Shown here piece by piece: positions 1 through 8,423 of a DNA stretch of 64,000 bases. Origin of the DNA: Prevotella sp. (GTDB taxonomy: Bacteria > Bacteroidota > Bacteroidia > Bacteroidales > Bacteroidaceae); NCBI GenBank assembly GCA_017619375.1, contig JAFZSL010000002.1:23679-87678 (forward strand). Reading direction: 5' to 3'. The translations under genes and the position numbers were made by a program. The notes under the pieces are model-generated. The model was not told where the DNA came from, ran no database searches, and saw only the letters and a program-made list of their open reading frames with translations. Every line of letters begins with the position of its first letter. Within the stretch, counting starts at the first letter, position 1.

Positions 1-1
1 C

Positions 2-418
2 CAGTGGTCAAAGGCGACACCATCGGTTGAAATCCTGAAAGCATTCCAACTGGCTTGTGATGCCGACCAGGACAAGCGGCTGCCTTTCGATGGTGTCTGG
101 CAACAGGAGCCTTCCGGCAATGAAGGCAATACAAAAACTTTCCTCTTGGTCAATGGCGATTTGATGATGGGCATAGAATATGTCCCAGACCCGGACTCGA
201 CCATTTACAGGTACTCCGGTAGCGGAATAAGCACGGTGATAACGGTGAATAATGATACTATAACGTCAAAATGGATGAAAGCCACCATCGTCATGCAAGG
301 AAAAGACCATGCTGTCATGCGAATCGATGACATGGATGAAACCTCACGCCTGAACCGTATCCCCATGCCACCACACATCCGAAGGATGTTGGCAACCACC
401 AAGATGGATGCAAGGTAG
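2..418 (+). CDS. 5'-truncated hypothetical protein (C-terminal part)
   Basis: The frame of ORF 146..418 is open back to the window edge (QWSKATPSVEILKAF...GVWQQEP...MDAR*) and is followed by a hairpin at 507-536. Confidence 0.7.
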   Translation, partial: QWSKATPSVEILKAFQLACDADQDKRLPFDGVWQQEPSGNEGNTKTFLLVNGDLMMGIEYVPDPDSTIYRYSGSGISTVITVNNDTITSKWMKATIVMQGKDHAVMRIDDMDETSRLNRIPMPPHIRRMLATTKMDAR

Positions 419-506
419 GTCCTCTCCGTTTTGATATGAAAGACAGATATCGTAAAAACATCATAAAGGTTAAATTCATACTACAAAAAAACCTATATAT
501 AGGAAG

Positions 507-536
507 GCCGCATCTTGTCGTGAGACAGGGTGCGGC
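507..536 (+). terminator. Probable intrinsic terminator of the first gene
   Basis: GCCGCATCTTGTC-gtga-GACAGGGTGCGGC stem (with G-U pairs) followed by a T-rich tract. Confidence 0.55.
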
Positions 537-704
537 TGATTTTAATGCATGCTTCATTTTAAAATCATTTTTTTACCTCTTCAGGGTTGTTTTTTTCTCT
601 TTTTATCCGTTATATAATAAAATGCCCTACATTCGCAAGCAAGAAAGGAGAGGGAAGCGATTGTCGGGCGAATGCGAAACTTGGAAAAATCCCGTCTCCA
701 AACG

Positions 705-1193
705 ATGCTGGAAAAAAAGGAATTCGAGAGACTCTATACCGCCAACTACACGGCTATGATGGGGCTTGCGCGCACTCTGCTTCACGATGAGGATGAAAGC
801 AGGGACGTCGTGGCCGACGTGATGCTTAGGGTTTACACAAAAGGCATTCCTGACCAATATGCACCGGTGAAATACCTCATGGCCAGTGTGAGAAACAAAT
901 GTCTGGATGTCTTGCGCCAAATGACGATAAGGCAAAAGATGGAGAGGATGCTGCCCATTGAGGACACCATGGTGCCCGCCGAGCCCGATGAACGGCAAAA
1001 CATCTATCTCCATATCATGCAAGTGATGGAAAACGACTTCCCGCCACAAACGAAGAATGTGTTCAAGATGAGATTCGACCAACGGTTGTCATACCAGGAA
1101 ATTGCCGACCATCTCCACATCAGCAAAGCCGCAGTCTATAAGCACCTTGCAAAAGCCATTACAATACTGAAATCCACCATTCCCACCACCTAA
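705..1193 (+). CDS. ECF-type RNA polymerase sigma-70 factor
   Basis: Region 2 (FERLYTANY...DVVADVMLRVY...YLMASVRNKCLD) and region 4 HTH (LPPQT-like FPPQTKNVFKMRFDQRLSYQEIADHLHISKAAVYKHLAKA). Start at ATG 705 preferred; the ORF track starts at 672. Confidence 0.93.
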   Translation: MLEKKEFERLYTANYTAMMGLARTLLHDEDESRDVVADVMLRVYTKGIPDQYAPVKYLMASVRNKCLDVLRQMTIRQKMERMLPIEDTMVPAEPDERQNIYLHIMQVMENDFPPQTKNVFKMRFDQRLSYQEIADHLHISKAAVYKHLAKAITILKSTIPTT

Positions 1194-1204
1194 TCATTAC
1201 CATC

Positions 1205-1837
1205 ATGCCCGACAAGATGCAACAATTATTGGAAATCACCGATACGCCGTATGAGTTTTCCGAAGAACAAATACAAAAGACGCTGCAAGATGATGACATG
1301 AGAGCCGCTTATGCCGTCATGGTTTTGGCAGCACAGGCTTTCGATGCACAGAGAGAGACCGGTCAAGAGAACGCCGAGCAAAACGTCGCCACGACCATCG
1401 CCATGGGAAACAGAAGAAGGCTTTGGCGCATGGTGGCCATCTTCATCGGGGTATGCCTCATTTCCGGACTTGCCGTCGCGGCATTCCTGCCAATGGGTAA
1501 GACAAAGCCGGCTGAGGCGGAACCTGTGGTGGTCGAAGAGAAGGAGACACCATCATCGCCTGTCGCTGATAGTCAAATCCCGAAAAAGGAATTGGCCGAG
1601 CCCCGGCCAGCCACGAATCCCATCGTTGTCTTCCAGGACGAGACCTTGGAAAACATCATGCAGGCGGTGGGAGAGGAATACAACGTGACCCCCGTCTTCA
1701 AAAATGAGCAAAAATGTCATATACGACTCCATTTGAAATGGAACCGCGAGGCAGGACTTGACGTCTTCCTGGAGCGCATTTCCCAATTCAAGCAATTCAC
1801 AGTCACCGCCACCCCTACCACCATCGTCATAGAATAA
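1205..1837 (+). CDS. Short FecR-like anti-sigma factor (single TM helix plus C-terminal DUF4974/FecR_C-like domain)
   Basis: Lies 11 nt after the ECF gene. TM segment WRMVAIFIGVCLISGLAVAAFL, Pro/Glu-rich linker, C-terminal VVFQDETLENIMQAVGEEYNV...LKWNREAGLDVFLERISQF typical of FecR C-domains. Confidence 0.8.
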   Translation: MPDKMQQLLEITDTPYEFSEEQIQKTLQDDDMRAAYAVMVLAAQAFDAQRETGQENAEQNVATTIAMGNRRRLWRMVAIFIGVCLISGLAVAAFLPMGKTKPAEAEPVVVEEKETPSSPVADSQIPKKELAEPRPATNPIVVFQDETLENIMQAVGEEYNVTPVFKNEQKCHIRLHLKWNREAGLDVFLERISQFKQFTVTATPTTIVIE

Positions 1838-1879
1838 GAACACTGCAACATACCTGCACCTCCAACCATCCAAAAAGAA

Positions 1880-4800
1880 ATGAAACGACTCGCCATTTTT
1901 TTCCTCGCAGTCATCCTGCCATTGGCCATCGCACAGGCACAGACCGTGAGCCACGATTTCCAAGATGTCTCTCTGTCGGAAGCCCTCCTCACGTTGGACA
2001 ACGACTGCGACACCATCACCGTCAATTTCGTTTATGACGACCTTGAGGATTTCCGGGTCACCACCAATGTGTGTGAAGCCACCATCCTGGAGGCTGTCAC
2101 TCACGTGTGTGGCTACTATCCCATGCGGATCACCCAACTCAATACCGACATCTTCGTAGAATGCACCCAGCGCGACTCGGTGCGCTTTATCGGACAAGTG
2201 CTGGATGCCAAACACGTTCCCGTGCGTTTTGCCAATGTGACATTGCTGTCGGTCAATGGACGCGACACCCTCAATTACGGAGTGACCAACGACGATGGCT
2301 ATTTTGTCATACCATGCTCCTCGTCGCAGGCGGTCGTGCGCATCACGCATGTGAGTTACTTCGATTTTGAGAAAACCTGTCACGATGGCGATGTCGGTGT
2401 CGTATCGCTCAAGTTGGCCAACAACAAACTGGACCCTGCGGAAGCCGTAGGTTCACTCTCCAAGGCAAACGTGACAAAACGCAGTTATCATTCCTTGTGG
2501 AGGCAGGCCTACAAGTATTCCACCAAGCACTTGCCACGCTCACAGATGGGTGTGATGGACCAGATCATGGCGAAAGCCAGACACGAGGCCAATTACGGGC
2601 AACTCCTCGCCGCCGAGATGATGAAGGCTTCGCTTGCAGGGGAGATTTCACCCGATTCCATACCGGAATTCATCAACGGCCTGGTCGAGGAGGAACGGTC
2701 GGTCAACACCAGGAACCCCATCTTGGCTGCTGTCTATCAGACGGTGTTGGCCAATGTGATGAAGATAGGCGACTACGACATCGAGGAGGCGGAGAAATAC
2801 CGGAAGAAAGCCGTGGAGAATGCAGGACTCTTGGCGGCCAACAAGGCGGAGGCGCTCCAACCATTTGTCACCACAGGCACGGATAGCAAGATTTTCGACA
2901 ACGACCTGCTCTCTGTCATCGGGATGCAGACCGACAACTACCAGGTCATGCGTGATTATTATGCCGGTGCCGGAAACCGGCAGGCGGAGATGTATGCCGC
3001 ATTCTCCTTGGCGGTGCATGGCAACAGCGACAGCAAGGGAGAGGTGAGGCCTGAAAACAGGAGAACACTGATGGTGCAACTCGATTCGCTCATCGACTTG
3101 TATGGCGACATGCCTGAATGTTGCGAGGTGGCCATCGCAAGATACAAGTTGATGTGCGTGGGAAAACGTTTCTCTGTGGAGGAGAAGATGGCGTATCTCG
3201 ACGAGGCTGTCGGCAGATGGCCCGAATGGAAAAACACCAACACGCTGAGGAATTACAGGAGCGAACTCACACGGCCTGCCTTCAAGGTGGACATGGGAGA
3301 GAGCAGGCTGCTGCCGGATTCCTCGAGGGTGGTCAGGTTGTATGATATCCGGAATGTGAAATCGGTAAAATTGCGCATCATGCCTCTCAATGTCAGCCAA
3401 TTCAAAATGCCTTATAGTGCCCGCCAGGGCAACATACCTCTCAATGCCCGCCAGGGCATTTTGGCCAAGATAGGTGATGACGGTTTCCTCAACACCTATC
3501 GCTATAACCATTATATACGCGAATTTGTGGATGAGACCAGCGTGGCTGAATACCGGAAACAACTCCATATGCCCAACGATTGGCAGTTGTTTTCCGACTC
3601 ACTCAGGATGGAAGGTCTTCCCCCGGGGAATTATATCGCCGAAATCACTGCCGACGAATGTGCCATCGACACCATCAGGTTTCGCTTCTCGGTCAGTGAT
3701 GTGTATCTGTTGGCGGAATCCCTGCCGAGATCACGTATCCGACTGGTGGCGGTCAGGGGAACAACGGGCCATCCCATCGCCGGAGCCAAGATATGTCAAT
3801 TCGATCAGTATGAACCCAATGATGTGAAGGTTTCTCAGGCTGACGCCAACGGAGAGGTCATCCTCTCTGGAAGAAAACGTGATTATGGCATGTGGGTGTA
3901 TGCCTCCACCGACGACGACCATGCCTCGCCTGCCATGGAGATGAGGGGCATCGGATATTATGGCAAGGGAGGATTGGGTTCGCGGAAGATGGTTAACATC
4001 TACACCGACCGCGCAATCTACAGGCCCGGGCAGGAGGTGAGCGTGGCAATGGTGACATTCCAGAACAGCAAGAACATAGAAATCAAACCTCTGGCAGGCA
4101 GACAACTCAAAGTAACTGTCTTCGACGCCAACCAAACCGAGGTGATGGATACCACACTTGTCGCAGATGACTATGGTACGGCATTCTTTTCCTTCAAGAT
4201 ACCCGAGGGCAGACGAAACGGAGGCTTCCGTATTGCTGCGGCTTCGGGAAAGAAGTGCTTCGGCATGGTGACGTTCAGGGTGGAGGATTACAAGCGACCA
4301 ACGTTCAAGGTGGAGTTCCTGCCTCGACAGCCAAAGGCCGATGGCGCGTCGATGGAAGTCGAGGACTCCCTGACGCTCAAAGGCTGTGCCACTGCTTTCT
4401 CCGGGGCGCCGATGGCGGGGGCACAGGTGCGATACACCGTGAAAAGAGGGTTGAACAAATCCTCCATGCCCCAAATCTTTGAAAATACGGTGCATACCGA
4501 CCAACAGGGGGATTTTGTCGTGAAAATACCGACGGAGACACCGGAAACGGATGAGGAGAATCCCAAATGGGTGTTTCAGGTGAAAGCCATCGTCACCGAC
4601 CTGGGAGGGGAGTCGCACGAGGCGGACAAAACGCTTACCATGGCAAGCAAGAAACATGACTTGACTGTGGACTGGCCCAAGCAAAAGATGGACATCTCCT
4701 CTCAGAAAACCGTGAATGTGCAACTCTCCGACAAGTGGGGAGAACCCATCGACACCACGGTGGTGTGTTATGTCGACAGGCCCGACCATCCTTTCACGGT

Positions 4801-7800
4801 CATGACCAACACACTGGACACATTGCCGGATGGTGACAGGTTGGCGCTTCCGGGTGAGCATGCTTTATATGCGGTGTTTGACAACGACACGGTGAAAGCC
4901 GCTTTCTTCATCGTTGATTATCAGGCGCGGCGGCCGGGAACATTCACACGAGAATGTTTCGCCCAGAGCGACACACGCTTCCCCAGTGATGGTGGCAATG
5001 TGGACGTGCAGTTCGGCACCTCCCTCAAAGACGTGTTTGTGGTTTATGATTTGTTTGCTGACAACAAAAGGCTCGAGGGTGGCTCTTTCTGGCTCAACGA
5101 TGAGATGTACAACCGCTCTTTCTCCTATCGGTCTGAATATGGGTCGGGTGTTTGCATGACCTTCGCTTTTATCAAAGACGGGGTGGTCTATCGGGAGAAA
5201 GCCGTCATCGAGGCGCCCATGAGGGAACATCAACTCGATGTGAACTGGGAGACGTTCCGCGACCGTCTCAGTCCGGGACAAGAGGAGGAATGGACGATGA
5301 AAATCCGAAAGGTCGACGGCACACCAGCCAAGGCGCAGTTGTTGGCCGTCCTCTATGACGCATCGCTCGACCAGATTGTAAAACCACAGTGGTGGGAGAG
5401 AAGCCAGTTATTGGGATTCTACACGGCTTCCACCAACTGGAAGTGGCCGGAGACTTCCAATATGAGGAAAAATGGAATTACCATGGCATGGTCGGATTTA
5501 CCCACCAGTCCCTTGTCTTGGAGCCATTTCGATGACGACCTGCTGTCGTTGAGGGCGACTGGTTCTGCTTTGGCCAATTTTGCCAGTGTGTCAAAGACAT
5601 TGGACAAAGGGTCAAGGAAGAAGGGCAAACGGGGCTATGTGTCGGGCATCGTTGTCGATGAGGAGGGGGAACCCATCATCGGGGCTTCGGTGATTCAAAG
5701 TGGCACCAATAAGGGAACGGTGACGAATATCGACGGAGAGTTTGAAATCAAAACCGACAAGGACTTGGAGGTCGTTGTCTCATACGTTGGTTATCAATCG
5801 TTGAAAGAGACCCTTCATAGGGGAAAATACAATGTCTTGCAACTTGTCGAGGATTACACCCGCTTGGACGAAGTGGTGGTCATAGGATATGGAACACAAA
5901 AGAAATCGATTTTCACAGGAATCGCAAACGTGATACCCGGCGTACAAGTAAGGGGTGCTTCTTCGGGAAAAGGACGTTCCTCTCGCGAATATGCCTATAG
6001 GACCTCTTATGACAAGAAAGATGAGATGGAAATTCTTGAGGAAGAATCAATCGCTCAGATGTCGATACGTGAGAATATGAACGAGACGGCCTTTTTCCAG
6101 CCCAACCTCATCAGCGGCGACGACGGTTCTTTGGCCATCAGGTTCAAGTTGCCCGAGAGTGTCACCACATGGAGGTTCTTGGGCATGGCTCACGACCTTG
6201 AGATGAACATGGGAACCATGGACTGCACCGCCATGGCACAGAAAGAGGTGATGGTGCAACCCAATCTGCCACGATTCTTGAGAGTGGGCGACAAGGCCAC
6301 CATTACGGCAAGGGTGGCCAACATCGGCGACAAGCCGCAGTCGGGTGTGGCGGTCATGCAGTTGACGGATGCGGAGACAGAAAAGGTGGTTTACACCGAC
6401 AAGTGCGATTTCTTCGTGGAGAAGAACGCCACCACGCCGGTGTCTTTCTCCTTTGTTCCTGACGACACCGCCAACCTCCTCGTGTGCCGTGTCAGCGTGA
6501 GCGGTACCGACTTCGCCGACGGCGAGCAAGGCTTCCTGCCTGTGTTGCCCGACCGCGAGATGACAACCGACTCCTACGCCTTCACCATGCATCAGCCGAC
6601 AACCTTGACCCTCGATGTGGACAGCATGCTTCAGGGCAGCGACCGGCACCGCAGCATGACCATAGAATACACCGACAATCCGGTTTGGATGATGGTGACG
6701 GCAATGCCCACCCTCACAACACGTCCTCAAGACAATGCCATCTCCCAGGCCGTCGCACTTTATGTCAACAGGCTGGGTGAGAACATCCTCAACACCTCGC
6801 CACTGCCTGGCAGGGTCATCAGTCAATGGAGGGAAGCCCCCGTCGACGACAGTCCGCTGATAGGTGAGTTGCAGAAAAACGACGGAATGTATGGCATCGT
6901 ATTGGCGGAGACACCATGGGTGATGGATGCCAAATGGGAGACGTCGGACAGGAGAAACCTGATGAAGTTCTTCGACAAACCCACGATGAACATGCGTATC
7001 GAACAGACGATTTCAAGATTGAAATCCCTGCAGCGTTCGGATGGTGGATGGGCATGGTGGAAAGGCATGCCGAGTTCGCGATACACCACTTTGGCTGTCA
7101 TGGAGATTCTGGCAAGACTCAACAGAACAATGAGAGTGTCAGACAATCTGCATCGAGATTTTGATGTCGAGAAAATGCTCGGTGAAGGACTGAAATATCT
7201 GGACAAGCAGATGAAGGAGGACATGGAGCGTGAGACAAAGATGAAGACTCCCTCGGAGGACATGCTGCACTATCTGTATGTCTGCGCACTGGTGGGTGAC
7301 AAGCCTGATGCGGAAATACAGAAAATGAGAAAACAGTTGATGGAATTCGTGCGGGGACAACAACTCGACCTCACCATCTTTGGAAAGGCGGCATGTGCGG
7401 TCATCATGGCTCACGACGGACAGAAAAGCAAGGCGCACGCTTATTTGCAAAGTCTCAAGGAATATGCGGTGACCTCGCCTGAGCGGGGCATGTATTTCGA
7501 CACTCCGCGGGCACAGTACACTTGGTGCGATGCCACCATCCCCACGGTGACGATGGCCATCGAGGCGCTGAGACTTGTGGAACCTGAGGATACCGTGTCG
7601 GTGGAACTGATGAGGAGGTGGTTGCTCTCGCAGCGGCGCACGAAAGGGTGGGGGAGTGCCATCAACAGCATCAACGCCATCCATGCCTTCCTCGGAGACA
7701 GCAGCGAGGAGATGTCTGCAAAACTGGCTGTCGATGGGCAAGAGACTACCTTCACGTTGGACGGGAAGCCGTTACACCATGAGGCTCCTACTGCGGGAAT

Positions 7801-8314
7801 AGGTTATGTCAAGATGATGGTTGCTGATGATGTGCAGGGGAAACTGAACATCGTCAAGACCTCGCCCCATACATCGTGGGGTACGGTGGTCACCCAGTCC
7901 ATGCGCAGGACGAAGGATGTGGGCGACGCTTCTTCGGGAATGTCGGTGACGCGTGAAATCGTCGGCTATGACGGTCATCTCCATGTGGGCGACAAGGTGC
8001 GTGTGCGCATCACTATCAAGGCTGACCAGGATTATGATTTTGTGCAGATCACCGACAAACGGGCCGCTTGTCTCGAACCAGTGGACGTGGTCAGTGGTTA
8101 CCGTAACGGTTGCTACCGTGTCATGAAGGACAACGCCACACATTTCTACGCCGACAGGTTGAGAAAGGGCACCACGGTGCTTGAAGCGGAGTATTTCGTG
8201 GACCGTCCCGGGAAATACGAGACGGGCAGTTGCACTGTCCAGTGTGTCTATGCACCGGCTTTCTCCGCCCGTGCTTCCTCCCTCTCCCTCTCTGTCGAAC
8301 CTCTGGAGAAATAA
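1880..8314 (+). CDS. Bacterial alpha-2-macroglobulin family protein with N-terminal STN-like + carboxypeptidase-regulatory-like module and a second internal SusC-type N-terminal domain
   Basis: Signal peptide; MG2 motif IYTDRAIYRPGQEV; FRVEDYKRPTFKVEF; WETFRDRLSPGQEEEW; A2M motif IRENMNETAFFQPNL...LPESVTTWRF; LQRSDGGWAWW; C-terminal DQDYDFVQITDKRAACLEP...CVYAPAF. Confidence 0.92.
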   Translation: MKRLAIFFLAVILPLAIAQAQTVSHDFQDVSLSEALLTLDNDCDTITVNFVYDDLEDFRVTTNVCEATILEAVTHVCGYYPMRITQLNTDIFVECTQRDSVRFIGQVLDAKHVPVRFANVTLLSVNGRDTLNYGVTNDDGYFVIPCSSSQAVVRITHVSYFDFEKTCHDGDVGVVSLKLANNKLDPAEAVGSLSKANVTKRSYHSLWRQAYKYSTKHLPRSQMGVMDQIMAKARHEANYGQLLAAEMMKASLAGEISPDSIPEFINGLVEEERSVNTRNPILAAVYQTVLANVMKIGDYDIEEAEKYRKKAVENAGLLAANKAEALQPFVTTGTDSKIFDNDLLSVIGMQTDNYQVMRDYYAGAGNRQAEMYAAFSLAVHGNSDSKGEVRPENRRTLMVQLDSLIDLYGDMPECCEVAIARYKLMCVGKRFSVEEKMAYLDEAVGRWPEWKNTNTLRNYRSELTRPAFKVDMGESRLLPDSSRVVRLYDIRNVKSVKLRIMPLNVSQFKMPYSARQGNIPLNARQGILAKIGDDGFLNTYRYNHYIREFVDETSVAEYRKQLHMPNDWQLFSDSLRMEGLPPGNYIAEITADECAIDTIRFRFSVSDVYLLAESLPRSRIRLVAVRGTTGHPIAGAKICQFDQYEPNDVKVSQADANGEVILSGRKRDYGMWVYASTDDDHASPAMEMRGIGYYGKGGLGSRKMVNIYTDRAIYRPGQEVSVAMVTFQNSKNIEIKPLAGRQLKVTVFDANQTEVMDTTLVADDYGTAFFSFKIPEGRRNGGFRIAAASGKKCFGMVTFRVEDYKRPTFKVEFLPRQPKADGASMEVEDSLTLKGCATAFSGAPMAGAQVRYTVKRGLNKSSMPQIFENTVHTDQQGDFVVKIPTETPETDEENPKWVFQVKAIVTDLGGESHEADKTLTMASKKHDLTVDWPKQKMDISSQKTVNVQLSDKWGEPIDTTVVCYVDRPDHPFTVMTNTLDTLPDGDRLALPGEHALYAVFDNDTVKAAFFIVDYQARRPGTFTRECFAQSDTRFPSDGGNVDVQFGTSLKDVFVVYDLFADNKRLEGGSFWLNDEMYNRSFSYRSEYGSGVCMTFAFIKDGVVYREKAVIEAPMREHQLDVNWETFRDRLSPGQEEEWTMKIRKVDGTPAKAQLLAVLYDASLDQIVKPQWWERSQLLGFYTASTNWKWPETSNMRKNGITMAWSDLPTSPLSWSHFDDDLLSLRATGSALANFASVSKTLDKGSRKKGKRGYVSGIVVDEEGEPIIGASVIQSGTNKGTVTNIDGEFEIKTDKDLEVVVSYVGYQSLKETLHRGKYNVLQLVEDYTRLDEVVVIGYGTQKKSIFTGIANVIPGVQVRGASSGKGRSSREYAYRTSYDKKDEMEILEEESIAQMSIRENMNETAFFQPNLISGDDGSLAIRFKLPESVTTWRFLGMAHDLEMNMGTMDCTAMAQKEVMVQPNLPRFLRVGDKATITARVANIGDKPQSGVAVMQLTDAETEKVVYTDKCDFFVEKNATTPVSFSFVPDDTANLLVCRVSVSGTDFADGEQGFLPVLPDREMTTDSYAFTMHQPTTLTLDVDSMLQGSDRHRSMTIEYTDNPVWMMVTAMPTLTTRPQDNAISQAVALYVNRLGENILNTSPLPGRVISQWREAPVDDSPLIGELQKNDGMYGIVLAETPWVMDAKWETSDRRNLMKFFDKPTMNMRIEQTISRLKSLQRSDGGWAWWKGMPSSRYTTLAVMEILARLNRTMRVSDNLHRDFDVEKMLGEGLKYLDKQMKEDMERETKMKTPSEDMLHYLYVCALVGDKPDAEIQKMRKQLMEFVRGQQLDLTIFGKAACAVIMAHDGQKSKAHAYLQSLKEYAVTSPERGMYFDTPRAQYTWCDATIPTVTMAIEALRLVEPEDTVSVELMRRWLLSQRRTKGWGSAINSINAIHAFLGDSSEEMSAKLAVDGQETTFTLDGKPLHHEAPTAGIGYVKMMVADDVQGKLNIVKTSPHTSWGTVVTQSMRRTKDVGDASSGMSVTREIVGYDGHLHVGDKVRVRITIKADQDYDFVQITDKRAACLEPVDVVSGYRNGCYRVMKDNATHFYADRLRKGTTVLEAEYFVDRPGKYETGSCTVQCVYAPAFSARASSLSLSVEPLEK

Positions 8315-8330
8315 GTCTTGTCAATGACTC

Positions 8331-8391
8331 ACGACCACGAAACAAACGAAATAACCGAATTATTTGGTTGTTTCGTTTGTTTCGTGGTCGT
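8331..8391. terminator. 29-bp-stem hairpin between convergent genes (probable bidirectional terminator)
   Basis: Arms at 8331-8359 and 8363-8391; the two mismatches are both G-U pairs on the + strand; 3-nt loop. Confidence 0.75.
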
Positions 8392-8423
8392 TACAATTTT
8401 CGTTTGCTTCGTGGTCTCGATTT

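Noticed and set aside
436-759. 107-aa ORF upstream of and overlapping the ECF sigma gene
   Set aside because: Runs through the terminator and AT-rich promoter region with low-complexity F/K content.
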